Below, piece after piece: positions 38,395 to 50,029 of a stretch of 64,000 nt of DNA (position 1 is its first letter; each line of letters starts with the position of its first letter). Position numbers and translations under genes: made by a program. The stretch lies in UHGV virus genome UHGV-0018629, one strand, 5' to 3'. The DNA comes from a virus. Under the pieces are notes generated by a model. That model searched no databases and was not told where the DNA came from. It worked only from the letters and a program-made list of their open reading frames with translations.

Positions 38395-38660
38395 TATTCG
38401 TCCTTCAGAGTTTGGTTTACAGCTCTATTATAAATCAATTCATCATTAAGCTCAGTCAAAGACCTATGATATGTAGTTCTAACTTTATTTCCTTGCATCC
38501 AGTGCTTGATATAAATGAAACCTTGCTCTACACATTTTTTAAAAATTCGTTCGTCTTTTTGAGCTCGGAATTCTGGATTGCATCTAAAAAATTGATTTAC
38601 GTGACCGTAATCACGTGTAGTATTACCTTCATTTTCATAAATAGTGTGAACGACAAACAT
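38394..38660 (-). CDS. Hypothetical protein (30.1-like)
   Basis: 88 aa ORF, ATGA overlap. Confidence 0.6.
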   Translation of the reverse strand: MFVVHTIYENEGNTTRDYGHVNQFFRCNPEFRAQKDERIFKKCVEQGFIYIKHWMQGNKVRTTYHRSLTELNDELIYNRAVNQTLKDE

Positions 38661-39505
38661 TAGAATGCTCCTTGGAAAATATTATCACCACAAGTAGGTC
38701 TATTATACAAATACTCTATGCCACCAGGTTTAATATAGTTCCATGTCTGAAATGGATGTGTCTGATATAGATGATATGGATTATAATGATTATAAGGATT
38801 AAATCCAGGAGTTCTCCAGGTAGTGTTCCAAGGAAAAGAATCGTTTTTAATCATCTTCTCGATTGCATCTTTTATAGCTTTTTCACTATCAAAACTTTCT
38901 TTATTTTCCTTTGGTGAAAAAAGCTTATTTTCTATATCATTCCATGTATAAACTCGCTGAGCAGTTTTTGGAATATTGTCACGCTCTCCTCGAGCCATCC
39001 AATAAACAGGAACATTTAATATTTCACTCGCATGATCACAATGATGAGCGAGATCGTCAATATAACAAATTACATTATATTTCTCTTTTGCCTTTTTGAA
39101 CAACTCTTCTTTTGAAGAATCATGTCCACACATCATTACTTCTGAGAAGGCACCAGGAAAAAGAGCATTCAAATTAAATTGACGATTCAACAGAGCATCA
39201 ATAGAATCACCCAGTGCTGTAACAGCCACAAAATTATAATCTTCTTTTAATTTGTTAATTACACACAGAGCATCTTTGTACGGAGACAAGTAACGAATAA
39301 AATCTGAGCGATTGTATTTTTCAATTAACTTGACACCAAGCTCTTCATCACAATTAAAGAGTTTACCTGGAGAAATAAATTTCTCATCTTGGATCATTTT
39401 TAAAATATGTTCTAATGGAAGATTATATTTCTGAGCAAAATAAGGAAGGCCCGATTGCCAGCTTAAACATACTCCATCAATATCAGTTAAAATAGTAGGC
39501 TTCAT
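38660..39505 (-). CDS. Hypothetical protein with HAD-phosphatase-like N-terminal motif (30.2-like)
   Basis: 281 aa; N-terminal ILTDIDGV motif. Confidence 0.65.
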   Translation of the reverse strand: MKPTILTDIDGVCLSWQSGLPYFAQKYNLPLEHILKMIQDEKFISPGKLFNCDEELGVKLIEKYNRSDFIRYLSPYKDALCVINKLKEDYNFVAVTALGDSIDALLNRQFNLNALFPGAFSEVMMCGHDSSKEELFKKAKEKYNVICYIDDLAHHCDHASEILNVPVYWMARGERDNIPKTAQRVYTWNDIENKLFSPKENKESFDSEKAIKDAIEKMIKNDSFPWNTTWRTPGFNPYNHYNPYHLYQTHPFQTWNYIKPGGIEYLYNRPTCGDNIFQGAF

Positions 39506-39966
39506 AGAGAGTCTCTTAATAGGTTTAACACATCAATAAATTCAGCTTCGGTTAGTATTGTATCATCTTTTGTTAGACCACTAGCCATGCTATGCTTCAA
39601 AACTTTTCCTTTCGAGGCTTGTAATGCATCGCGAAAGCCCCTGTTTTGGAACGCTGCTTCAAAATATGCATTTGTGTATAATTCTTTCCACGCTGGAGAG
39701 TATCTTGAAAACGGAGTTCCAAGCCAGAAGAGGGTCCCACGGTCCTGAGCTCTAGCATAAGACCTTCCAGCTTGTTGGGCGGCAAGCCCGGATAACCCAA
39801 ATATACGACGTTGCTGTTCAACATTTTTCACCTTGCAACCTTGGAGGAATCCTTCGAGACCTCCAAATTGAATGCCATCCATAATGAAAGGCCATTGGGC
39901 GAAATTACTTAATGCGCATGATGGCCATCTAAAATTGCTTCTAATCTCTAACTCAGACATTTTCAA
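39502..39966 (-). CDS. NADAR-family (YbiA/DUF1768-like) protein candidate (30.3-like)
   Basis: 154 aa; N-terminal WPSCALSNFAQWPF resembles the NADAR signature. Confidence 0.6.
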   Translation of the reverse strand: MKMSELEIRSNFRWPSCALSNFAQWPFIMDGIQFGGLEGFLQGCKVKNVEQQRRIFGLSGLAAQQAGRSYARAQDRGTLFWLGTPFSRYSPAWKELYTNAYFEAAFQNRGFRDALQASKGKVLKHSMASGLTKDDTILTEAEFIDVLNLLRDSL

Positions 39967-40159
39967 TGCTTATAATTTCAACATCAGACCAATGACCATA
40001 GCAAGGAAGACGAAATTCAACTGGCCAATCACTACCTTTTTCTAGTATAATAGACTTAACTTGTGGTTCTTCATGTTCATCAGTATATGGATTTTTATCT
40101 GTTACTTTATATGTGACCTTAATGTACTGAATTCCAAAAATCTTATTAATTATGTTCAT
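39953..40159 (-). CDS. Hypothetical small protein
   Basis: 68 aa ORF in operon context. Confidence 0.5.
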   Translation of the reverse strand: MNIINKIFGIQYIKVTYKVTDKNPYTDEHEEPQVKSIILEKGSDWPVEFRLPCYGHWSDVEIISIENV

Positions 40160-40353
40160 ACTAATTCCTTTAATCCGTAAATAGGAGATAATTCATCACC
40201 CATACGAAGGTCTTCATTTCCATCTACCCAGGAAACAATATAAGCCTCCTTTATTTGAATACCACTCCATTTAAATGGAGGTAGAACCTTAGAAATTAAT
40301 CCAGGTATACCGACTCCCTTTAATTCAACAGTTTGACCTAAAAAGAATTTCAT
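40156..40353 (-). CDS. Hypothetical small protein
   Basis: 65 aa ORF, ATGA overlaps. Confidence 0.5.
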   Translation of the reverse strand: MKFFLGQTVELKGVGIPGLISKVLPPFKWSGIQIKEAYIVSWVDGNEDLRMGDELSPIYGLKELV

Positions 40354-40640
40354 TAGAACCTCATCTGAAAGCCATGTGATTTAACATTACCACCATCAAT
40401 ATCAGAAATATTGATTTCACACGCAATTGAAGGATCAATGTCAATTTCACGATTAAGTTTAGCGATAGCTAAAGTATCGCGCCCATTTACGGTACGGAAT
40501 TCTAAAGGACAAACCAAATTAACGTAGTTCTTAATCGATTCGCGGGTAGGTTGCAAATGAGCAGGAAGGTCTTTAGGCGCCTTAGAGAAAACCACTTCAC
40601 AGAAATTTTTGCGAGTATCAAAATAAGTAGTCATAAACAT
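40353..40640 (-). CDS. Hypothetical protein
   Basis: 95 aa ORF. Confidence 0.55.
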   Translation of the reverse strand: MFMTTYFDTRKNFCEVVFSKAPKDLPAHLQPTRESIKNYVNLVCPLEFRTVNGRDTLAIAKLNREIDIDPSIACEINISDIDGGNVKSHGFQMRF

Positions 40641-40656
40641 AGTATTTTCCTCAGTA

Positions 40657-40672
40657 AGGGGCCGAAGCCCCT
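40657..40672 (-). terminator. Stem-loop AGGGGC-CGAA-GCCCCT
   Basis: Perfect hairpin between ORFs. Confidence 0.5.
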
Positions 40673-40681
40673 CATTTCATT

Positions 40682-41047
40682 TTAAATATCAAATTCGTTA
40701 AGAACTACATCAAAGATTGCTTCAAGATGCTCAGGTTTAGCTCTGTTACTCAGAATATGACGAATCCAAGTTTTAACTAAGAGTTTACGATTAACACCAT
40801 TCCAGCAAGGATGAGTCCCTAAATCGCGTTGACGAAAATCATCATCCAGAGCGATTTTGAAGTTTGAACCTTCCATTGTGATTGAAACCGTGATGCCATT
40901 TTCAAATCGCATATAAACGTAGTTAGGAGTCATATACTGTTCAATTTCGCATACTGATCCATTTTGATGTTTCCAAAGGCAGATGGTATCAATAGAACCT
41001 GCAATACCATTAGAAACATATTTACGTTCGAAGTTGATGTAGTTCAT
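40682..41047 (-). CDS. Hypothetical protein (30.x)
   Basis: 121 aa ORF. Confidence 0.6.
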   Translation of the reverse strand: MNYINFERKYVSNGIAGSIDTICLWKHQNGSVCEIEQYMTPNYVYMRFENGITVSITMEGSNFKIALDDDFRQRDLGTHPCWNGVNRKLLVKTWIRHILSNRAKPEHLEAIFDVVLNEFDI

Positions 41048-41062
41048 TTTATTCTCCAGGAT

Positions 41063-41101
41063 GTTTAATTGCGGTACAGGTATATAATATCATGTCCTGT
41101 A
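41063..41101 (-). promoter_or_regulatory. T4 early-type promoter (GTTTAC -35, TATTAT -10) with flanking inverted repeat GGTACAGG/CCTGTACC
   Basis: Reverse complement GTTTACtttggtacaggacatgaTATTATAT. Confidence 0.45.
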
Positions 41102-41116
41102 CCAAAGTAAACTGTT

Positions 41117-41485
41117 TTATGCAACTTTAATCCAATTATCTAAATTTAAAACACCTTTGGCTTTCATTTTTTCGATCAGGTTATCTGCGGTAATGCGTCC
41201 ATTTTGATACCATGTAACATCTTCAGCGTAATCAGTTTCTTCGTCAACGTATGTTTCTGAACGAATTTTACCTGTGATAATAGTTTTTAATTCGTATGTG
41301 TCGCCTGTGAAAAAGTTAGTTAACATGATTTTCCAAGAGAAATCATCAGAAGGACCCTCAGGAGTCATGCAACCTACAAATTCAAATTGTTCTTTATATA
41401 AATGCCACTGAAGTTCTTTAGTTTCGATAGCTTTATAGCCGTCGTGATCTTTACCTTTGATGTATGAGTTAAGATTGATTTTCAT
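41117..41485 (-). CDS. Hypothetical protein (30.x)
   Basis: 122 aa ORF. Confidence 0.6.
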   Translation of the reverse strand: MKINLNSYIKGKDHDGYKAIETKELQWHLYKEQFEFVGCMTPEGPSDDFSWKIMLTNFFTGDTYELKTIITGKIRSETYVDEETDYAEDVTWYQNGRITADNLIEKMKAKGVLNLDNWIKVA

Positions 41486-41511
41486 TTTATTCTCCTTTGT
41501 TTGTGTAAGAT

Positions 41512-41542
41512 AATACTATCACAAAGGAACTATACTGTAAAC
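41512..41542 (-). promoter_or_regulatory. Early-type promoter candidate (GTTTAC -35, TAGTAT -10)
   Basis: Reverse complement GTTTACagtatagttcctttgtgaTAGTAT. Confidence 0.35.
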
Positions 41543-41570
41543 AACTTTGTGCAATCTTTGGAAAATAAAA

Positions 41571-41590
41571 AAGGACTCCCGAAGGAGTCC
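41571..41590 (-). terminator. Stem-loop AGGACTCC-CGAA-GGAGTCCT
   Basis: Perfect 8-bp stem hairpin. Confidence 0.5.
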
Positions 41591-41595
41591 TCAAC

Positions 41596-41772
41596 TTATG
41601 CTTTCTGCTTACCAAAACGAGAAGCATCATCTCGAAGAACCGCACGTGCTCGGCGCATGATCTTCTCAACAGTTTGATTGATACGAGAGTTCGACCCACG
41701 CTTGTAACCAGCGCGTTTAGAATCACCAATTTTCTTTTCAACTGCTTTCTTTGCTTTAGCTTGTTTTGCCAT
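41596..41772 (-). CDS. Small highly basic protein (30.9-like position)
   Basis: ORF 41596..41814; likely start at MAKQAKAKKAVEKK giving 58 aa, Lys/Arg-rich. Confidence 0.5.
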   Translation of the reverse strand: MAKQAKAKKAVEKKIGDSKRAGYKRGSNSRINQTVEKIMRRARAVLRDDASRFGKQKA

Positions 41773-41804
41773 TATAAATTCTCTTTTAAATGAAAATGCA
41801 GGAC

Positions 41805-41993
41805 TTATTGGCATTGCCTGCGCAAGCCCTCAAGGGGGTACTTAGGTTTTGAATATTTACCGACAGGATAACCATAAACCTCGTCATCATACCACCAAGA
41901 CTTACACAGATAACACTTTTCTGACGCATGATAGTAACATTCAAGAGGTACACCATAAAACTGCCGGGGTCTTAAAACTATAATGATTCGCAA
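41805..41993 (-). CDS. Hypothetical Cys-rich small protein
   Basis: 62 aa ORF with CYYHASEKCYLC. Confidence 0.4.
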   Translation of the reverse strand: MRIIIVLRPRQFYGVPLECYYHASEKCYLCKSWWYDDEVYGYPVGKYSKPKYPLEGLRRQCQ

Positions 41994-42061
41994 ATCATCA
42001 ATCAGACAGTTCGATGGCTCCTCGATTTTAGCTCACACTAAGGCAGTGAATCTCCAATAAA

Positions 42062-42310
42062 TTACTTCAATGTTACCACAAAGTGACGAACTGCTTTTCG
42101 TGCGGCAGAAGCCAGAGGCTTAGCATATTTAAGCTCATCTTTTTCCTGAAGCTCAGCAGCTAATGCAGTTTGTGCAGGATTCAGATGTTTGAAATAACGC
42201 AGGATTTCAAGAGCTTCGGCTTCAACATCAATAGATGCGCCATAGTTTTCGTGACCATTATTCCATGCGTTTCGTTGCAGTTCAAGAGCGTGTTGTAATT
42301 GTTTAATCAT
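42062..42310 (-). CDS. rIII: rIII lysis-inhibition accessory protein
   Basis: 82 aa, size and position next to gene 31 as in T4. Confidence 0.8.
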   Translation of the reverse strand: MIKQLQHALELQRNAWNNGHENYGASIDVEAEALEILRYFKHLNPAQTALAAELQEKDELKYAKPLASAARKAVRHFVVTLK

Positions 42311-42436
42311 TTAAAAATTCTCGTTAGAGATTAAAACTCGGTAGTCACGTTCTTCTGAATTTCATCTTCTTTCGACAGATCTCTCAGTTGTAGACTACCA
42401 CATAGAATTGAAACTCAATTCATATTATTATTTATA

Positions 42437-42772
42437 TCACTTATAAAGACATGGAATAGCTTTATAGTGACAGGTAACGAATTTTTGTTTAATTTCTTTT
42501 GGCTGCTTAAGACCCAGAGCTACAAAAGGATGCGGAACGTTTCGAATTTGACCAACTGGAAGAGAAGTCAAATCACCAACTTCACAGAAACCTTCAGGAA
42601 CATCAGGACCAACAGAGTGAACTACACACAGTTCAGGAACTTCACCTTGAACACGTTTACCGATAATAAGTCCTGATTCTGTAACTTCTTCATCACCGGC
42701 TTGTGCAGGTTCAGAAACTAAAATCACATATTCACCGACAGCACGAATTGGTAGCTGTTGTACTTCAGACAT
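42437..42772 (-). CDS. 31: Co-chaperonin gp31 (GroES analogue for capsid folding)
   Basis: 111 aa, same size as T4 gp31. Confidence 0.92.
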
Positions 42773-42828
42773 CGTTTTTCCTTTTTGTTAGCAGATGAAT
42801 TAATAATAACAAATAATTCTTAAAGCAT

Positions 42829-43137
42829 TTATTTACCAATAAATTGAAGCAAATGCTCAACTTTCATACCATTAACGGAAATCAATTTGTCAATAGAAAA
42901 ACCTCGCCATGCACCAAGCTCAACATCAAATACTGGAATCATATCAGTAGATTCTTTCCGAGCAGATTCAGTCAATTTACCAGTTTGCATGGTTGGCATA
43001 AAATCAGCATCACGAGTACCTTTCATAGTACGAATAGTACCATCAGACTTTTCAAAAACTACGTTTGAAACCCCCATAGACAATTTAGTTTTCAAAATTT
43101 CACGAATTGCTACTTTCTGTTCAGTTGTCAGTTTCAT
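42829..43137 (-). CDS. Hypothetical protein (31.1-like)
   Basis: 102 aa ORF. Confidence 0.6.
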   Translation of the reverse strand: MKLTTEQKVAIREILKTKLSMGVSNVVFEKSDGTIRTMKGTRDADFMPTMQTGKLTESARKESTDMIPVFDVELGAWRGFSIDKLISVNGMKVEHLLQFIGK

Positions 43138-43374
43138 TTATTTACCTATTACAGTTTTAATATGGGTTGTTCCACGCTCTTTAAGAGTGGAAAGCAATTT
43201 TTGGCATTTTTCTAAATCAGATTTCCAACTATATGGTCTATCAATACTAGTCCAATCAGTTTTATAATACTGTTTCCATTTAGAGAAAAAATATTTCTTA
43301 TACTCTACAGCAAATGAAATATTCTCGTTAGAATAAGAACTGATTGCTGTGAGCTGTACCAAACGAAATTTCAT
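43138..43374 (-). CDS. Hypothetical protein (31.2-like)
   Basis: 78 aa ORF. Confidence 0.55.
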   Translation of the reverse strand: MKFRLVQLTAISSYSNENISFAVEYKKYFFSKWKQYYKTDWTSIDRPYSWKSDLEKCQKLLSTLKERGTTHIKTVIGK

Positions 43375-43955
43375 TATTCACCACAGAATTCGTTGATATT
43401 TTCCCAGTTTAACTTATTCAAGTTTTTCTTAGGAACATTAAACACTTCAATACCCGCATTTCGCAGAATATCATCCCAGCCAGGTTTATTTTTATCGTAT
43501 GTTTCGCAATAAACCAGCTTTTTAATACCGGATTGAGCTATCGCTTTTGCACAATCTGGGCAAGGAGAAAGTGTTACATACATAGTAGCACCTTCAATTG
43601 AAGAACCGTTTCGTGCAGCAAACAAAATCGCATTTAGTTCAGCATGAATTTCATTTTTAGACGACCATTCAGAGTGAGCGCTGCGGTGTTCTTTCGCTAA
43701 GACAAAACGATCGGCTGAACCAAATGATACGCATTCAGGCTTATGACCTTGAATGATAGTATGTTTAGGCTTATTCAACAACCAACCTTGCTCAGCAGCA
43801 TAATCACAACAGTTCACACCCCCTGCGGGTGAACCATTATATCCGGTAGAAATAATACGTCCATTCTTTTCAATTACTGCTCCTACCTTCCAGGAGCAAC
43901 ATTTTGATTCCTGTGATACTAAATATGCAATTTGAAGTACTGTACTCGCTTTCAT
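43374..43955 (-). CDS. cd: dCMP deaminase
   Basis: 193 aa; zinc-deaminase motifs HAE and PCPDC. Confidence 0.95.
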   Translation of the reverse strand: MKASTVLQIAYLVSQESKCCSWKVGAVIEKNGRIISTGYNGSPAGGVNCCDYAAEQGWLLNKPKHTIIQGHKPECVSFGSADRFVLAKEHRSAHSEWSSKNEIHAELNAILFAARNGSSIEGATMYVTLSPCPDCAKAIAQSGIKKLVYCETYDKNKPGWDDILRNAGIEVFNVPKKNLNKLNWENINEFCGE

Positions 43956-44290
43956 TTCATAATCACCAGATAAGCGGATTTAGCAGTTTCAACACGATAA
44001 ATTTCGTGACGAAGTTTAGTTATACTTTTAATAACAGAACTAATTATATTCTGCCCATCTTTAAAGCGGTTTTTCTTATCAATAAAAACTGCGCCAGTCA
44101 TCTTTTTGTGAAGCTCAACTGGATACTTCGTCACAATAATAGCATCATACACAGAAGGATGAATACTATTCACTAGAGTGTCGTTCATTAAAGTTATTCT
44201 AATGAACTGTGCTGTTTCAGAGTCAAGCGCTCTATGATCGCCAGTATCATTTTCAAGACAATTATCAATTATATCAGTTAAATTCATCAT
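43952..44290 (-). CDS. Hypothetical protein (cd.x)
   Basis: 112 aa ORF, ATGA overlap. Confidence 0.55.
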   Translation of the reverse strand: MMNLTDIIDNCLENDTGDHRALDSETAQFIRITLMNDTLVNSIHPSVYDAIIVTKYPVELHKKMTGAVFIDKKNRFKDGQNIISSVIKSITKLRHEIYRVETAKSAYLVIMK

Positions 44291-44523
44291 AGTACGCCAT
44301 ACACCCTTTGTGCTTCAACTAATCCATCAAAATCCAGTTTAAGATGCGTTATTTGGTCACCATCACCTGGATTCACAATTACTAATACAGAACGAGGAGT
44401 TTCAGTAATAACACGAACCGATGTTTCAGGAAATCGTTCAGAAACCTTATTTACTAATTCCTGCGCAAATAGTTTAACTTTTTCTTGGAATTCTTTAACA
44501 GTAATTGGTTTTTCACTTAGCAT
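44287..44523 (-). CDS. Hypothetical protein (cd.x)
   Basis: 78 aa ORF. Confidence 0.5.
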   Translation of the reverse strand: MLSEKPITVKEFQEKVKLFAQELVNKVSERFPETSVRVITETPRSVLVIVNPGDGDQITHLKLDFDGLVEAQRVYGVL

Positions 44524-45047
44524 GTTGATCCCAGCTCCTTACTTTCAACGTTTTTAACTAATTTAACAGAAACTAATTCGGCATCTTGGGTAATCATTAC
44601 CGGACCTTCTTCATACTCTTCAAGATATTCTAGAGCTTTCTTTTTAGCTTCTTCCTTCGTATCAGTTTGAGCATAGATATAAAACATGCAACCACCAGTA
44701 ATACCTACTACTTTCCACTTAATTTCTTTATCAGTTTTAATTTCAAATTTACTGACAGAATCATCCTTTTGAACTTCTTCGAAAAAAGAATATTCTAACA
44801 TATAAGCAATTGAAAATAACGGGCTAACTTTATAGGATTCGCCCATTACATCAACAGCTTTATACCAGCAGTCATCAATTTCGCGTTTAATGCTAATAAC
44901 ATTCTTTGCAGGGTCAATTTTTACTTTAAATGAATTTTCCCCAATAAACTGGGCAATTCGTTTATTAGCCCCGCAAGTTTCATTAAAAATATCTTTATAT
45001 CCAGCTTTAAAGCGATAAACCTTATCTTCTTCAAACCATTCGCTCAT
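44517..45047 (-). CDS. Hypothetical protein (cd.x)
   Basis: 176 aa ORF. Confidence 0.6.
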   Translation of the reverse strand: MSEWFEEDKVYRFKAGYKDIFNETCGANKRIAQFIGENSFKVKIDPAKNVISIKREIDDCWYKAVDVMGESYKVSPLFSIAYMLEYSFFEEVQKDDSVSKFEIKTDKEIKWKVVGITGGCMFYIYAQTDTKEEAKKKALEYLEEYEEGPVMITQDAELVSVKLVKNVESKELGSTC

Positions 45048-45067
45048 TTCAATTTCCTCGTTTGTTT

Positions 45068-45107
45068 TGGTAGAGCCATAATATCACAACTCTACCGTAA
45101 AGTAAAC
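45068..45107 (-). promoter_or_regulatory. Early-type promoter candidate (GTTTAC -35, TATTAT -10) with flanking inverted repeat GGTAGAG/CTCTACC
   Basis: Reverse complement GTTTACtttacggtagagttgtgaTATTAT. Confidence 0.4.
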
Positions 45108-45109
45108 TA

Positions 45110-45385
45110 TTAAATCGCTTTAAATTCCGCAGTTTGAGATTCAAAGCGAATGTCGCCTTTAATGACTAGCTCAGCATCAAGACCAAATACGACAATGATA
45201 TGCGCGGAACCTGGATACAGCGTAATGGCAACAGAATCCACCTGGTCTGGAAGCAAAGTGTTCAATACATGAGTCACTTGAGCATGAATTCGAAGCTCAG
45301 CTGCGTTATCAAGCTTTTCAAACATATTATTAGCGATAATTTGGCTAAACACTACTTCTACGATTTTAGAGTAAGTCGGAAACAT
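45110..45385 (-). CDS. Hypothetical protein (cd.x)
   Basis: 91 aa ORF. Confidence 0.5.
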   Translation of the reverse strand: MFPTYSKIVEVVFSQIIANNMFEKLDNAAELRIHAQVTHVLNTLLPDQVDSVAITLYPGSAHIIVVFGLDAELVIKGDIRFESQTAEFKAI

Positions 45386-45387
45386 AT

Positions 45388-45580
45388 TTACCTCACATAA
45401 TTTTCTTCAAGCCAATCAATAACATCCAACGCATTATCAAAAGTTGCGCCATCTACCTTGTCTTCTGTTTCATAATCAAGAACATCTAAACCTACTCTTC
45501 CATTAACAATAGGCCATAAACAAAATAGATATTTCTTTTCTTTTTCAATTTTATCACAAAGTCGATAAATCTTTTCTATG

Positions 45581-45588
<8 letters not shown>
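45388..45588 (-). CDS. Hypothetical small protein (cd.x)
   Basis: 66 aa ORF. Confidence 0.5.
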
Positions 45589-46982
<1,394 letters not shown>

Positions 46983-46985
46983 TTA

Positions 46986-47216
46986 TTATTTCTCAACCAA
47001 TGATTGAATATAATCATGCAGGTCTTTAGATGCTTTACCCCACTTATTTTGATATTCATTTTTGAGATTAGCGCGTGATTGAGCTAATAAAACATCATTA
47101 GTTGGAGGTAAAGATTCTAATCGCTGAATCTGACGTCCATAAATCATTGCAGCCATCTCGGATTCATAAATCAATCCTTTGAGATGTTCAAATTGATGCC
47201 ATGAAATCATTTGCAT
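46986..47216 (-). CDS. Hypothetical protein (pseT.x)
   Basis: 76 aa ORF. Confidence 0.5.
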   Translation of the reverse strand: MQMISWHQFEHLKGLIYESEMAAMIYGRQIQRLESLPPTNDVLLAQSRANLKNEYQNKWGKASKDLHDYIQSLVEK

Positions 47217-47506
47217 TTATCCTCTTTTAAATCTGCACGATAATAACATATCATAGTTTTCTGATCATGTACATATCGTTTTACATCATTAAGCCAAATA
47301 CGAAACTCCTGAGAATCTTCAAATGGCATACCGACCCAAGCTTTACCATCAATAACTTTAACTTGCCAAGATAGTTTAGCTTCGTCATATGACTTTATTT
47401 GCACAGGCCAATTAGGATGAACTGTTTCTTTCTTTACTTCTAGAGGCTTTGTCGAACAACCAACTAGAAGACCAATAGATAATATTACTGCAGATAATTT
47501 AATCAT
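47207..47506 (-). CDS. Outer-membrane spanin (o-spanin) lipoprotein candidate, Rz1 equivalent
   Basis: 99 aa; signal peptide with lipobox LVGC (MIKLSAVILSIGLLVGC); 4-nt overlap with upstream i-spanin. Confidence 0.7.
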   Translation of the reverse strand: MIKLSAVILSIGLLVGCSTKPLEVKKETVHPNWPVQIKSYDEAKLSWQVKVIDGKAWVGMPFEDSQEFRIWLNDVKRYVHDQKTMICYYRADLKEDKCK

Positions 47507-47856
47507 TTAGAAAGGTCCTGGATGTCTTCTGCGAACTTATTGAAGGAGTTGTTGATTTGTTTTTCAACCAATCCTGGCTTACGAGCCACCACATCCGCCT
47601 TCTTTGCATCTTTGCGCAGTTTTTCATTTTCACGCTCAATAGCAGCAATTGCCTCACGATTTTTATTATTCATCGCATCAATATAATTATACTGAATTCG
47701 CAAATTATTTAATGCTAAAGCGTTTTCATTGGCCGTTTTTGTAATTTCTACAACAGACGTTTCTAATCTTTCAATTTTATTTTTTAAAATTAAAGAAGTT
47801 CCGCCCAATGCAATTACAATTAATAACAAGCCTGTTGTCGTATTACTTAATTGCAT
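47503..47856 (-). CDS. Inner-membrane spanin (i-spanin) candidate, Rz equivalent
   Basis: 117 aa; N-terminal TM helix (GLLLIVIALGGTSLIL) followed by coiled-coil-like region. Confidence 0.7.
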   Translation of the reverse strand: MQLSNTTTGLLLIVIALGGTSLILKNKIERLETSVVEITKTANENALALNNLRIQYNYIDAMNNKNREAIAAIERENEKLRKDAKKADVVARKPGLVEKQINNSFNKFAEDIQDLSK

Positions 47857-48353
47857 AAAGTTTTAATAACCTCTATAATATCGTCTTGAGAAAGACCGTT
47901 AATTAAAATATGATGTTCAGCAGGAGATTTAGAAATTTTAAAGCATGCCTCAACATCTTCTGCCATATCCGATGCACTACGATTTGGATTACTAATTCCA
48001 AGACGATGCTTTCCTGTCAAAGGATTAACGATAATATAACATTTACAGTTGTTAATATGAACATTAGGTTGAGTCTGATTAATGAACACATCACAATCAT
48101 ATTTCGCAAGCTGATTTTCTAAAAAGACTTTCATCTCCTCAACCGCATCAGGAAGCATATCACGGGCTTGCTCAAGACGACGATTTCGATATTCTTTAAT
48201 GGTCGTTTTCCGCTTGACTTGTTTAGCTAAATCTTTCTTAAGATCGGTGATATATCCAACTCGACGATTTCCTTTGAATACAGAAATCCCATCTGTATTA
48301 TCACCGTATGCTTCAACGACCATTTCAGTAGTAATAAGCTGCAAATCCATCAT
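47847..48353 (-). CDS. alc: Alc-like protein (host transcription shut-off), assigned by size and position
   Basis: 168 aa ORF between rnlA and spanins; T4 Alc is about 167 aa. Confidence 0.55.
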   Translation of the reverse strand: MMDLQLITTEMVVEAYGDNTDGISVFKGNRRVGYITDLKKDLAKQVKRKTTIKEYRNRRLEQARDMLPDAVEEMKVFLENQLAKYDCDVFINQTQPNVHINNCKCYIIVNPLTGKHRLGISNPNRSASDMAEDVEACFKISKSPAEHHILINGLSQDDIIEVIKTLCN

Positions 48354-48358
48354 AAAGT

Positions 48359-48411
48359 CCTCATGTTATGTCAGTAAGACTACTATAACACAACATGAGG
48401 GACTTGTAAAC
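48359..48411 (-). promoter_or_regulatory. T4 early-type promoter (GTTTAC -35, TATAGT -10) inside the second copy of the ~53-bp element at 32487..32539
   Basis: Reverse complement GTTTACaagtccctcatgttgtgTTATAGT. Confidence 0.5.
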
Positions 48412-48414
48412 AGC

Positions 48415-50002
<1,588 letters not shown>

Positions 50003-50009
50003 AATAAAA

Positions 50010-50023
50010 TGGGCCTTGCGGCC
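50010..50023 (-). terminator. Stem-loop GGGCC-TTGC-GGCCC between nrdB and denA
   Basis: Hairpin read in sequence. Confidence 0.45.
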
Positions 50024-50029
50024 CACTCC

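Noticed and set aside
41487-41741. 84-aa minus-strand ORF overlapping the basic small protein ORF and the terminator hairpin
   Set aside because: Out-of-frame overlap with a better-supported ORF and spans a stem-loop; likely spurious.
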